Shown here: positions 51,587 to 64,000 of the stretch, one piece after another
Position numbering within the stretch: position 1 is the stretch's first letter
Layout: each line of letters begins with the position of its first letter
Source: Camelus ferus
Lineage: Eukaryota
Length of the DNA: 64,000 nucleotides
Assembly (NCBI RefSeq): GCF_009834535.1
Contig: NC_045707.1
Coordinates: 51,648,001-51,712,000 of the forward strand
Reading direction: 5' to 3'
Program-made: the position numbers and the translations under genes
The notes under the pieces: model-generated
The model's database searches: none
Told to the model about the DNA's origin: nothing
The model's input: only the letters and a program-made list of their open reading frames with translations

Positions 51587-54500
51587 CAGTTGACCCTTGA
51601 ACAACGTGGGTTTGAACTGTGCCAGTCCACTTATACATGGGTTTTTTTCAGTAAGTTTATTGGAGACATTTTTGGAGATTTGTGACAACTTGAAAAAACA
51701 GATAAACCATGTAGTCTAGAAATATCAAAAAAAAGTAAGAAAAAGGTATTTCATGAATGTATAAAATATATATAATATTAGTGTATTCTATCATTTACTA
51801 CCATAAAATATACACAAAACTATTATAAAATTTTTAAATTTATTAAAACTGACACAAACACCAACAGACCATGTATGGCATTCACAGTAGAAAGATGTAA
51901 ACAAGTGTAAAGATGCATTAAATCATAACTACATAAAATAAACTGTCGTACATACTAAACTACTGTAATAATTTTGTAGTCACCTCCTGTTGCTATTGCG
52001 ACGAGCTCAAGTGTTACGAGTATCTGCCTAAAAATGCCCTGTGACGCTAATCATCTCCACCTGGGCAGTTTTTCTCTCCAGTAAACTACGTTTCTCAGTA
52101 AAAAGTGATCTCTCATGGTTCTCGCGTGTTTTTCATTGTGTTTCATGCAAGACCGTAAACCTTGACTAACACCATGGGACTCTTATGAAGTTCCACTAGC
52201 GATGCTGGAAGTGCCCCCAAGAAGCAGAGGAAAGTCACGGCCTTGGAAGAAAAAGTTGAATCGCTTGCATTTGCCGCGATTGTGGTCTGCAATGCAGTTG
52301 CCCACCATTTCAAGATAGATGAAGCCGGCATAAAGGACCACTGTAAAAGAAAGGAAGGTAATTTGTGAAGCCATTGCTGCAGCCACACCAGCAGATGCTA
52401 GAATCTTGCACATTTTGCAAATACTTTTATCTCTTACTGAAAACACAGCTTGTACATGGGTGCAGGATGGCCATAGGAGAGGCGTACCTATAGACTCTAA
52501 TACTAGTTGAGAAAAGGTGAAATCATTATATGAGAACCTGAAGCAAAAGGAATGTGAAGGATCTAAGCCTGGAGAACTTAATGACGGCAAAGGGTGGTGT
52601 GATAATTTTAGAAAAGGATTTGGCTTTAAAAATAGCAAGGTAACAGGAGAAGCAGTGTCTGTCGACCAAGAAATAGCAGACAAGTTCCTAGATGCCGTTT
52701 AGAAAATCATTGAGAAGAAAGGATATCTTCTCGAACAGGTTTTTAATGCAGATGAAAGTACACTGTTCTGGGGGGAAAATGCCACAAAGGACTTGTTAGT
52801 AAGGAAGAGAAGCAAATACCAGGATTGAAGGTAGGAAGGGATAGGTTAACTCTCCTGCTTTTTGTAAATGCTGTCAGGTTTATGATCAGGATGGCCCTTC
52901 TCTGTAAAGCTGCTAAGCCCCAGTCCTTGAAGGCAAGAGCTTAACACCAGCTGCCAGTCTTTTGGTTGTACAAGAAGAAGGCCTGGATGACGAAAACACT
53001 TTTTGTGGATTGGTTCCACTGATGCTTTGTCCCTGAAGTCAGGGGTTCCTTGTCAGTAAGAGACCGCCTTTTAAAGTTACTTGGATATTGGACAGTGCCC
53101 GTGGTCACCTAGAACCCCACGAGTTCAAATCAAAGGCATCAAAGTGGTCAACTTGCCCTCAAACTCAATGTCTCTAATTCAGACTCTAGATTGGAGAGTC
53201 TTAAGGACCTTTAAGACACGTTACACACAGTTCTCTATGGAAAGGATTGACAATGCCATGGGAGAGAACCTTGACAGAGAGGATATCCTAGAAATCTGGA
53301 TGGATTACACCTTTGGAGATGTCATTGTTGTGATACAAAAAGCAGTGAAAGTCATGAAGCCTGAAACAATAAGTTCTTGCTGGCAAAAACTATATCCAGA
53401 TGTTGTTTATGACTTCACAGAATTTGCAAGAGAGCCAATCAAGAAAATCATGGAAGAGATTATAGATGTTGGGGGAAGAGGTCGGGGGTTAGGGGTTTCA
53501 AGATGTAGATCTTGGAGAAATTCAAGAACTAATAGACAACACACCATGGAATTAACAGAAGTGTGACTTGATGGAGATGAGTGCTTCCAGGACCAGCGCC
53601 AGATGATGAGGAAGAAGAAGTAGACGAAGCTGTGCCAGAAAACAGATTGACATTAGACAATCTGACAGAAGGGTTCCAGTTATTCAAGACCACTTTTGGC
53701 TTCTTTTATGACATGGACCCTTCTATGATAAGGCCACTGGAACTAAAAGCAAATGAAGGAAGAAGGATACTGGTATGGTATACAAACATTTTTAGATAAA
53801 TGAAAAAGAAAAACAGTCATGTAGAAATACAGTGTATTTCTATTAAGTTACGTCAGGTGTGTCTACCTCTCCTGCCTCCCTTTCCAGCCTCCTCCACGTC
53901 TCCAGCCTCTGCCACTCCTGAGACAGCAAGATGGACCCCTCCTCTTTCTCCTCCTCAGCCTACTCAATGTGAGGACAATGAGGAAGAAGACCTTTGTGAT
54001 CCATTTCCGCTTAATAAATAGCAAATGATCATCATGCCATACAGTTAATACACTTATCTTTTGTGTATGCATGTGAGTGTCTTTATGTGAAAATTGAATA
54101 ACTATGTCAAGAACTGTCTGAGAAGTTTTTGTGTCATCACCGCCGAAGTATTCATCATGTAGAAAGCTTTGTGCAAAACTTGTACTGAAGTGGAGAGTTT
54201 ATCCTTACATAGACATGAGGTGAGTGATATTAATTATAATGTGTTAGTTTTCTTACTGTTTTGTAATTTTACTTTCAAAGAATTACATTATCATTATCCA
54301 TAGTGTATGCCTTCCCCCCTCTTATAATTGGAGAAACTGTGTATCAAGCTATCATCACAGGTAAGGTTTTTTTTTAATGTAACAATGTTTCCAATACTGT
54401 ATTATGAATGTGACTATAATACTGTATGCCACAAAAATTTTATGATTAGTCATTAGTATATAGACTAGGCTACCATAAGTAATAGTATTTTTACACCAAG

Positions 54501-55001
54501 TTACCATAAAGCAGTCATAATGCTGCTTCTTTGTTATCAATGCATAAACTATTATACCTGTGAGTAAATATGAATTTCTTTTTCATATTATCTTTTTATT
54601 TTTTATATCTAGTGTTAGTAATATGTATAAAATATCTACAGTGTTTTGTAGCATATAGGGCAATACTGATGTAGGTACTGACAGACAATTCATCTTGTAA
54701 ACAGATGATGTAAACTTACAGTCTTGATAAATACAGTACAGTACTGTAAATGTGTTTTTTCTTATGATTTTCTTAATAACATTTCTTTTCTCTAGTGTAC
54801 TTAAAAGAATTTATTATATAATACATGTAACATGCAAAATATGTGTTAACCAATGGTTTTGTCATTGGTGAGATTTTTGGTAAAGAGTAAGCAGGTAGGC
54901 TGTTAGTAGTTACGTTTTTGGGGGATTCAGAAGTTATATGCAGATTTTCAACTGTGCAGGTGTGGGCACCCCTAACCTCCGTGTTGTTCAATGGTCAAAT
55001 A
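51587..55001 (+). mobile_element. Near full-length Tigger2-family (Tc1/mariner-pogo) DNA transposon, about 3.4 kb
   Basis: Left TIR cagttgacccttgaacaacgtggg after TA (51585-86); right TIR ccgtgttgttcaatggtcaaata followed by TA; internal transposase remnant. Confidence 0.92.
52174..54021 (+). pseudogene. Tigger/pogo transposase pseudogene (frameshifts and stops)
   Basis: APKKQRKV N-terminus; KGWCDNFRKGFG (CENP-B HTH region); QVFNADESTLFW; SLIQTLDWRVLRTFK (QPLD motif); acidic C-terminus EDNEEEDLCDP. Confidence 0.9.
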
Positions 55002-56079
55002 TATATACAAAATTGGTTCCATTATTCTGAAGGATGTTATTGAAATACTAATAACTTTAGTATTAAATAAATTATTTATCAAGAGTGACTCATCATCTGT
55101 CAGTTTGATACCTGCTTTATTATTAGACTTGTAGGTTGTAGACCTGGCCGTCTCAGAAGGAACTGCCAAAGGGAGATGCAATACTGTTAAAATTGTCTCA
55201 GTATGAAATCAAATTGTAACACATAAGGCCCTTTAGAGTCTAGCCTCTGTCTTATTCTATATCCTTATTTCTAATCTCTCTCTACAAGCACCCTCTTATT
55301 CCTGCAGTACTGAACTACTTAGAGACCCTCAAATGTGCTGTGTCTTTATTGCTTTTTTATTGCTTCATGCCTTACCCAGTCTGCAGCCTTGCTCTGTAGT
55401 GAGCAATTCCCATACGTTGGCCTGGATACATCCAGTACCCAGCCTGATCTAAAGACTTACCTCTTCTAGAACGTCTTTGACTCCTACACATTCTTTGTGC
55501 CATTTTTGCTTAATTTCCCTTTTTTAAGTTCCTGCAATACTTTATGCATGCTTCTGTCACATGGTACATAGGCTGCTGGGATCAGTTTTGTCTCCCCATT
55601 ATGTAACTATCAGATCTGTAAGGTTAGCTTAACAAACTACAATAATAATAATACATAATAAACTATCCCAAAACTCAGTAGTCTACAGTGACATTTATTC
55701 TTTTACCCAGAAAGAAAAAAAAGTGAGTGGTTGAACAAATATATTCTCCACTAGGAGTTTATAAAATGTCCTATTGTTCAGCCAACAATTAATATGAGAG
55801 TTCATAAACTGTTGCTTATTTGGAAAAGGTAAAATCATTTTTAACTGTGGTTTTGACTTAAATATTCTATTACATATACTTTTATTATTTTTATAATAAT
55901 AGCAGCCCTAATTATAATTAAGTAAATTTTATCAGTATGTTTTCTGTAATTATTAAATAATTGTTTTTCCTCCTTTCATCCATTATGTGGTAAATTGATT
56001 CTAGTGTCAAAACACAGTTAAGTTATTGGGGTAAATCCACATTTATCAGCACACATTTTCTTTATATTGCTATAACTAT

Positions 56080-56745
56080 TTTAGTTTGGACAAATGTAAA
56101 ATGGCATGTATCCACCATTACAGTAGTATACAGAATAGTTTTATTTTCATAAAAATTCTCTGTACTTCCTATTTATTTGTCCCTCCCCTCATAATTTTGG
56201 CTACCACTGATCAAGTTACTGTCTCCATAATTCTGCCTTTCCAGAATGTCATATCGTTGGAATAAGACAGTATGTAACCTTTTTAGATAATGCCTTTACT
56301 TTGTAACACGAATTTAAATTTCCTCGGTGTTTTTTTCACAGCTTGATAGCTCATTTCCTTTTAGCATGAATAATACTCAATTGGCCAATGTACCACAGTT
56401 TATTTATCCTTTCACCTACTGAAGGACATTTTGTTTGCTTCTTAGTTTTGGCAATTATTAATAAAGCTGCTACAATATACATATGCAGGTGTGGTTTTCA
56501 TAAATTTTCAATATATGTGAATTAAATACCAAGAAACACAGTTGTGAATAGTATGGTAAGAGTGTTTAGTTTCTATAAGAATCTTTCTTTCGTAGTGGCT
56601 GTACCATTTTGCATTATCACAGACAATACATGAGAGTTCCTGTTGCTCCACATCTTCACCACTGTTTGGTGTCATCAGTGTTTTGAATTTTAGCTATTGT
56701 AATAGAAATAGGCTGATATCTCCTCTTTGTTTTAATTTCCATTTG
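56080..56745 (-). mobile_element. L1MC-type 3' fragment
   Basis: tttggacaaatgtaaaatggcatgtatccaccattacagt; gtctccataattctgcctttccagaatgtcatatcgttggaat; gcttgatagctcatttcctttt. Confidence 0.85.
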
Positions 56746-57099
56746 GACTATTGGCTTTTATATTTTTTGTTCATTGTACAGTTCTTATCTGGTTTTGAAG
56801 TAAGAATTATAAAAATTTTACAAAACAATTTGGAGAACATTTCTTTCTTTTTATTCTCTGGAAAAGTTAGAAAATGATTTTAATTATTTTAGATGTTTTT
56901 CTTCCAAATAAAATTTTGTTGGATAAATTTAATACAATCTAAATATTTTAATCATATTTGTTTTCTTAACTGGGAAGCTTGTAGATTTTCAATAATTTTA
57001 ATTACTAATAGTTTTATTTTTATTCATCTCTACTTATTTTTATTTTCTATTCATTCTGACTTATTTTTTGGAGAGGGCACATTTTTTTCTGCATAGCCT

Positions 57100-57820
57100 G
57101 TCACTTTAAAAGGATTGTTACATGTTAAGTAAATAAATAAAACAAGGTGTAAAGTTTTGTGACATGGAAAAAATCATGAAATTCAAATTTCACTGATGCA
57201 GCTATAAGTCCAAAGCATTTTAAGTGCACATGTGATCGCCACAGTGGGACTTTCTATTTTTATTTTTTGTAGCCAGTTCGTGCTCAGCATGTCAAAACAG
57301 AGAAGAAAAGTGAACTTCAAATATGTTGATTGATATTTAGACACAGTAGAGTGTGGATTATTATCAAATTAGATAGCAAAGCATTATGTTTATTATTCAA
57401 TGACATTATAGTGTGCTAAATAAATAAAATACACATAAACATTATAACTCTAAGTACCCACCACAATATCTGCAACCCAGAAAAGCAACAATCATAAATA
57501 TCAGAAAATTTAAAATGAAATATTTCACCACAGCTGAATGAAAATGAGGCTGTAACCAAAGTAAGTTTCCAAATGGATCAGTTGTTGATATCAGTATTTG
57601 GGACTGCCTATCTGTGTGAAAATCATTTTCAAATATGAAGTTGGAAAAATCTCATTACAGATGAGCATTAACAGATGCACATTTGCAATCAGTCTGGGTG
57701 ATAGAGAACACTAACTCTGAACTCTAATTAAGCAAAATAATCCCCCCAAATTTCAATTTTTCTCAATAGTAGATCTCTCTTTCTCCCTCTCTCTCTCTCT
57801 CCCTCTCTCTCTCTCTCTTC

Positions 57821-57855
<35 letters not shown>

Positions 57856-58046
57856 CTGTACATCACATACACACAATTATTGTCAATCACTACTTAATTG
57901 GAACTTCATCAATTAAAACACTTGTGGAAATGTTTACTCTCTTGTTATATAGGCATCTACACAGTATCCTCTGCTTTGCCTCTCAGCCTACAAAGTCTAA
58001 AATATTTCCTGTTTGGCTCTTCATTGAATAAGTTTGCCAGTACCTG
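57100..58046 (+). mobile_element. Charlie-type hAT transposon remnant (Charlie2-like), internally deleted
   Basis: atgtcaaaac..agaagaaaagtg start; aaagcattatgtttatta (zinc-finger-like); tcagtatttgggactgcctatctgtgtgaaaa (hAT dimerisation FGxxYLCE); ends aagtttgccagtacctg. Confidence 0.7.
57775..57853. repeat. Compound (TC)n(CA)n microsatellite
   Basis: ctctctctct...cacacacacacacacacacacacacacacacac. Confidence 0.95.
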
Positions 58047-58782
58047 TCTAAAGTACATAAAATATTACTTTCTGCCAAACAATATTTTTGTGCTACCAAA
58101 TTTAATTATTTTAATTCTGTAGTTAATTCTGTAGGTGTTTTTAAGTCACAGATTAGGTATCTTTTTATTATTGATTTATAAATCTTTAAAAATTTAGACA
58201 TAACCACATGTTTTCTAGTATCATTGCTACTATTCCTTCTAATGTCTCAGACTTTCCTTTCTCGACCCTTTTCCTTCTTCCTGAAGTTTATCATTTAGAA
58301 AGATTTTTAGGGAGGATTCAGTTTTGGCTCTTATTTATTTTGCTTTTATTCCTAACAGATAATTTTGCTGGGTATACTTTGAAGTTATTTTCATTCAGTA
58401 TGGGGAAATAACATTCCTCTTGTCTCTGGACTTCTACTATGGCTGTTGAAAATTCTGCCATTCTGCCCTGTGCTCCCAGATAACCAGATGGTTTCTAACA
58501 ATCAAAATACTAATTACCAAGCTAGAGTATACACCATAGCTAATTTTAATAATAACCTAATTCTTAGGCCATAAATGATTTAATATTCTCAACTCCAACA
58601 TACCTTGATCTCCTTTTAATTTTTTTTCAATATTTCTAATCTGAGCTATAGAGAAACTCACTTTTCCTTTGTTCATTCACATCCATAGGTGACTTAATTG
58701 GATTACTCAAATGAAAACATTGCAACCTGTTTTCAGATACCTTGTTCCATTTTATTCTGGGAACCATCCCATGTTAGATAGT

Positions 58783-59263
58783 TGCGATAGACTGTATTTT
58801 TCAAAAATTGTTGCAATGATACCGCTTACGACCTGCTTGTCTTATATTGTGACTTTGACCCTTCCTTTTGAACGTGAATGTGCTTGTGATTATGACAGAT
58901 ATGATGCTATGGTTTCTGAGCTTAGGTCATTTAAAGTGATAGAGTATCTGCCTTGCTTATTCGGGTGCTCATTATTGGATCCCAGCCAGAGTGAGGAAGT
59001 CCTGTAGCCACAGGGAGAGGATACATGTAGATGTTCCAATTGAGAAACCAGTTAAGATTTCTGGTGATGATATCAACCACCAGGCAGAGGGAGTCTTTAG
59101 ATACTTTCAGCTCAAGTCACTGAGTCACCCCCCAGCAGGTGATGTCCTGTGGAGCAGAGATAGGCCGTTCGTTGAACTCTGCCAAAACAGCAAAATTAAT
59201 CTTTATCATTTTAAGCCAGTATGTTAGGGGTCCTTTGTTACCCTGCCACCAATAAATAGAATA
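58783..59263 (+). mobile_element. MaLR solo LTR (MLT1G-like)
   Basis: tgcgatagactgtatttttcaaaa start; gtgaggaagtcc; tcaaccaccagg; gtggagcagagat; ttttaagcca..tttgttac. Confidence 0.8.
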
Positions 59264-59419
59264 GTTATTATTTTCATCAATTTAAACAAAAATGGTGGGA
59301 GTTTTAGAATAGTAAATTAATTGATTTTTCCAGCTTTTACATGGTAACTGAGTAAAGATACAGGATTCAATGTGAAATTTTAAATTCTACAAGCTTTATT
59401 TATATTAAATTTTAATATT

Positions 59420-59590
59420 TCATATAGGACCCCAATAAGATACATGCTGCTATTGTCCCCAGTACACTGATGACAAATGGAGCATAGCGATCTTAAGGCA
59501 AATTATCCAAATTTGCACAGATTGTAAGTGGCTGTGGACCAGATTCAAACCTAACAGTCTCCCTCTCAAATATGCTTTCATAACCATTAT
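59420..59590 (-). mobile_element. MIR SINE
   Basis: ctattgtcccc..tacactgatgacaaa...cacagattgtaagtggc...agattcaaacc. Confidence 0.55.
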
Positions 59591-60254
59591 ACAATCAGGC
59601 TTTTTGACCCCTTCCTCTCCCCACTACTCCATGTCATCTTGACAGCTCCATAATTGTAAAAGTTTAAGAAAGGAGTTGAGTTATACACTCTAATACTTGG
59701 TTTAGTGGTCTAAAAAGAGCCACAGTTCCTCTCTGCTAACAAACACACATACAATCAAAATATGTGCACGGGTTTCAGAGAATTACAGGACTGCTTGAAG
59801 CCAAAAGTTTTAAATGTAGGTTTTTAGGAAACTCATAATCTCTTCTTTACCTATAAGTGGACCTTTAGATTTCTAATGTGAAGGCAACAGAAGGAAATTT
59901 ACAGTGTAATGATGAAAAATAAAGAAATGGATGAATTATTGTAAGCAAAGCAGAGACAAGAGGAAAATCAATTTAGCTTTATTAAGATACATTAGATAGT
60001 TCTCCAGTCTGCATAATCATTATGGGTAACCTCCTCCTTTTTCTAACATAAGTTTATTGGAGGGATGCCCTTTGATAATGCACCTGGATCTAATTTCTTC
60101 TTTATAGTAAAAGATTAGCATCCAGTGTTAATTAGGTATCTGAGGATCCAGGCCTTAGGCCCAAACATTGATATTTAATAGAATTCAAATAATAAGTTGA
60201 CATCTACAGTGTTTAGGTACAGTGAGAATATGTAGGTTTAAAAAAAATTGATTT

Positions 60255-60490
60255 TATAATGGTTAGGGGAACAAGTGTAAGAGTGAGGCTACTGGGTTTG
60301 AAATGAGGCTATTGGCCACTTACTACCTGTGCAAATTTGGAAAATTTTCTTATGTCTGTGCCCTAGCTTTGTCATCAGTGAAATGAGAATAAATAGCATT
60401 CCATATCTTACTGAAGCCCAGTATGAAATTAAGCAATTTCATAAAATTTCTACAGTAAACCCTGACAGATAATAGGTTATCAATAAATGA
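60255..60490 (+). mobile_element. MIR SINE
   Basis: ctgggtttgaaat...ccacttactacctgtg...tctgtgccctagctttgtcatcagtgaaatgagaataa. Confidence 0.7.
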
Positions 60491-62464
60491 TACCTAACTC
60501 TGTATGTGAGTGTGTGTATCCTGAAATAAGCTTGTAATATAATCCTGTAACTTCACAATTATTGCTTTTCATTTCAGTTATACAACCAGTTTTAAACTCA
60601 TTTTTTAATGTAACAGATAAGATGTAGAATTTTATTTTGCTACCCATGAAAGCCCAACAATTCTAATGATTTTCTTTGTATCAGATCCATTGGCAAGGGA
60701 AAAAGGTACAGAGTTAAAGTAAGGCACAGAGACATCTTTTCTTTGAGTGAGGTTGTTCAAACTGTATGCAGAACCATTGTATCAAGCTAGCAATAAAACC
60801 CAATGTTTACTAGTTATGGCTACACAGTTCAGACTGTTGAATTATAAAGTAGCAATAGAAGGTCTACATGGGTATGCTGATAGGCTAAGATGCAGAATGT
60901 AGGTCTCTAACATATGTTTAAATCCTCTGGTAGATGCAGAATTATCTGGAAACATAAGGATGCATAAACAAACACACATATATACAGGAAACATCTCATT
61001 TTCAACTGCCAATTGAATCTAATATGAGTAGGAATATCATTCTATTACCACAAAGTGAAATTGCATTGCACTTCTCTTTCTTAGCAACTGGCTAATTCAA
61101 TCAGAGCACATAGATTTTTCATCAGTTTTTAATTTGCTTAATTTTTGTGAGCTGGTGGTTTAGAAAATTTCCCATTTTTCAACCCTAAAACTGTAGGGAT
61201 AAGGCCGTGTGCTATTCTTTCTCTGTGTCATTTTCATTTTAATATAGATTTTATAGTTCATTACCTGTCAATCAGTTTTAAATGGCACAGTATTCATTTT
61301 ATCATGTTCTGTAAAACTGTTTTATGCTTCTTTCAATGTCTTACATTCATTTTAGACTGAGCCCTATTTATTTCTCTACGAGCCGTAGCCATCTGTAGCT
61401 GTGCACATTTGAACTTGTATTTATTTTAGCAAATGCAATATTTTGCTTTATATGGTATATTCATTTAGAATATTTATTCAAGCAAGTGAATGCCGAGGAA
61501 GCAGCACTGTGTAAAATGCTTTATCTGTGACAAGCCATTTTATGCCCTCTGTTTTTATTTCTCTCAAACTTTCAGGGATATGATTTCAAAAACAACTTAA
61601 GGTGTTGACACAGTGTACTTCTTCACCTAATTATATGTAATCTAATAAAACATATCTACATAATTAACATTCATACCACCAGGGCAAACAAACATATATT
61701 TTGAGCCTCAAAATTTTCATATAAATTAACACTTAAATATGTAACAATAGAAAATGATGTATTTTTTAAAATCGAAAACTATCTTTTTTTATCTAGTTTT
61801 GTTCCTTTTTTCCACTGTCACGTGTTTCCTTCATTTGACAGCTTTCTCTTCATTAAATAGGTATCAGCTTTATTTCTCCTTCTTTAACCAGGAAATACTA
61901 AAAAGGCTTTGAGTGTTAAAACATTATATACATCATAAATCAAACAAGAAAAGTTAGAAAATATTCCCTCAGGAACTAATTAGTACAGGTACAATTTTAC
62001 TGAGGGAACTTATTTTGACTTTTGACTATTAAATTATATAAGAAACAATTTAAGAAGAAGATACTTTCTTAGAACATACCAATATTTTTCTATCACCTTA
62101 TTTGGAAACTAATTTCAAGTTATAAAAATAATTTGTATAGAGGGCTGGTAAACCAACTGCCTAGAGAAGCAAACAAATCCTGACTTACAGCATTGGTAGA
62201 GTTCTACAGCGTAAATTTTCCCAGCATTGTCAATTTAACGGCACCAATATATAAATAATCTGCTCTTCTGTACTGAAAACCTGGCTCAGGACACCATTGC
62301 TTCCTACTATTTAATTTAAAATTTCTGTATGTGCAAGTTAATTCATCTAGGACAAAAAGAATTACCTCCTCACTACCCTCGATGTCCTCAGCGTTTTCTT
62401 TTAACCAAATGACTAATTTATCCTTGCAAAATTCACACAACACACTGTCTCTCATACACTTTTT

Positions 62465-62572
62465 TCTTTTGTTTTTTAAATTTTTTTGCCTCAGTTTGAT
62501 CTTTTTTTTTAATTGAAGTATAGTTGATTTACAATATTGTGTTTTGGTGTACAGCATAGTGATTCAATTATA

Positions 62573-62609
<37 letters not shown>

Positions 62610-62810
62610 TCCTTTTCGTATTCTTTTTCATTATAGGTTATTACAAGGTATTGTATATAGTTCCCTGTGCTATACAGTAGGACCTTGCTGTTTATCTGTT
62701 TCGTATATAGTAGTTAGTATCTGCAAATCCCAAACTCCCAATTTATCCCTCCGCCCCTCTTCCCACTCCCATAACCACAAGTTTGTTTTCTATTTCTGAA
62801 TCTGTTTCTG
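62465..62810 (-). mobile_element. Short L1 3'UTR insertion with (TA)n expansion, complex tail and TSD
   Basis: aattgaagtatagttgatttacaatattg; TSD tctcatacacttttt (62450-62464) / tctcacacacttttt (62811-62825). Confidence 0.9.
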
Positions 62811-64000
62811 TCTCACACACTTTTTGCAACACACTTGCCATCCTCACTTTGCTTTTTCTCACTCTTCATATATTGAGTGGCCAATCTTCCTCCTTAGTCC
62901 ACGGTTTTCCCTCTTTTCAAAGTTCATTTCTAAGCTTGCTACTTCCTTGAAAACATTCCAGAGAGTTATATTCAGTCTACTTCCCAAGTCACTTTAGGCT
63001 TTCCATGCTTTATTTTTTTCTTATCCCTTTAAAATATGAGCATTTTTGTATCTCAGTACAACTAATTTATTTTTATAACTTTGTTGCATGGTTATATTTA
63101 TATATAATAAAAATAGAATTCTGTTTGAGGCTTTAGTCTGTAGCAATATGATACATACTTATACCTTTATATGTAAATTTTAATCTGTTTTGCTTTTCTT
63201 TCTTGGATGAAAACTTCTTACAGCAAGTATTCCTCAGATAGAACTCTTCTAAACCTGAAGTCTAAAACTGTGTACACAGGGTAATTCTTAAAAATTGCCC
63301 TTCTCTAAGTGCATCTTTAAAGTGGTCTTTACCAGGCTAAAAAACTGTGCCATTCATAAATCTCCTTCCTGCATATTTGGGGGTTTTCGGCTCTGTATTA
63401 TCACCTTTATTTAAGTTCCCTGGAAAAATTAATGACATTTCCAAAGTAAACCTTTGACTTTCATCATTTTATTACCTTCTTGAAATTCTGAACTTCTGTT
63501 TTCCTGTTTATTGTGGATTTTATCTTTGTAACAGACATTAAGGGAGGGGAGCACCAAAAGTTTAATTATTTGATAATTCGGTCCCAAGAGACAAGATTAA
63601 TACCAATGAAACAGCTAAGTAATACTGCATGTTTATCTTTTTATTCCAAAACATATGGTGAAAATAGAATGTATCAATTGTACTTTGTTCAGTTTTGTCT
63701 TACCCAAAGTAGATTTTCATATTTTTCCAAGTAAAATGTTTTCTCTTTCAAGAAATGCACTTTCAGTAAAAACAGCTTGAAAAACTACTGGCCCAAAATA
63801 TGTGGTCGGTAGGGGAAGCTGAGAGGCTTGTAAAATGCAAATTGAGTAAGCAGTCAGAAGCAGCCCTGAGTTAGGAGAAATGCCAAAAGTATTTGGAGGC
63901 TCTTAACATAGGGGAATAATAAGCACAACTACAGAAACAAAGCTGACTACCTGCTTCATGTCTTTGGGATGAGTTGTTCTATCGGGTCTATAAGAACCAT

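Noticed and set aside
52174..54021. Domesticated TIGD/CENP-B-like gene
   Set aside because: Multiple frameshifts and stops, degenerate catalytic motifs, and TIRs still present
1..64000. Short ORFs of 60-166 aa in the ORF track as real genes
   Set aside because: They are TE-derived, antisense to TEs, low-complexity, or of chance length; none resembles a cellular protein I recognise
1..64000. CRISPR array, operon or prokaryotic defence system
   Set aside because: The sequence is mammalian repeat-rich DNA with no regularly spaced repeat-spacer units and no gene-dense regions

Overview
AT-rich, CpG-depleted placental mammal genomic DNA, either intronic or gene desert. It is most likely camelid, inferred from a camelid-type tRNA-derived SINE and camelid-type L1 3' ends recognised from memory. 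I found no intact protein-coding gene, RNA gene, CRISPR array or prokaryotic system. The ORFs I can recognise are decayed L1 ORF1/ORF2 or Tigger transposase fragments; the rest look like chance ORFs. Much of the window is transposable-element debris: L1, L2, MIR, MLT1 and other ERV LTRs, hAT MER elements, a Charlie-type hAT, and a near full-length Tigger2-family element. The most interesting structures are unusual retrotransposition products with visible target-site duplications (TSDs): a five-segment scrambled L1 inside a 26-bp TSD, an L1 5'UTR fused to its 3' terminus, a tail-less internal L1 fragment with a TSD, a seamless L1-in-L1 chimera, and a possible short 3' transduction. There are also several repeat-free, enhancer-like blocks and a few candidate minus-strand exons. 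Repeat family names come from recalled consensus sequences. Boundaries are approximate unless a TSD or TIR is cited. I see no convincing evidence of a new biological system.
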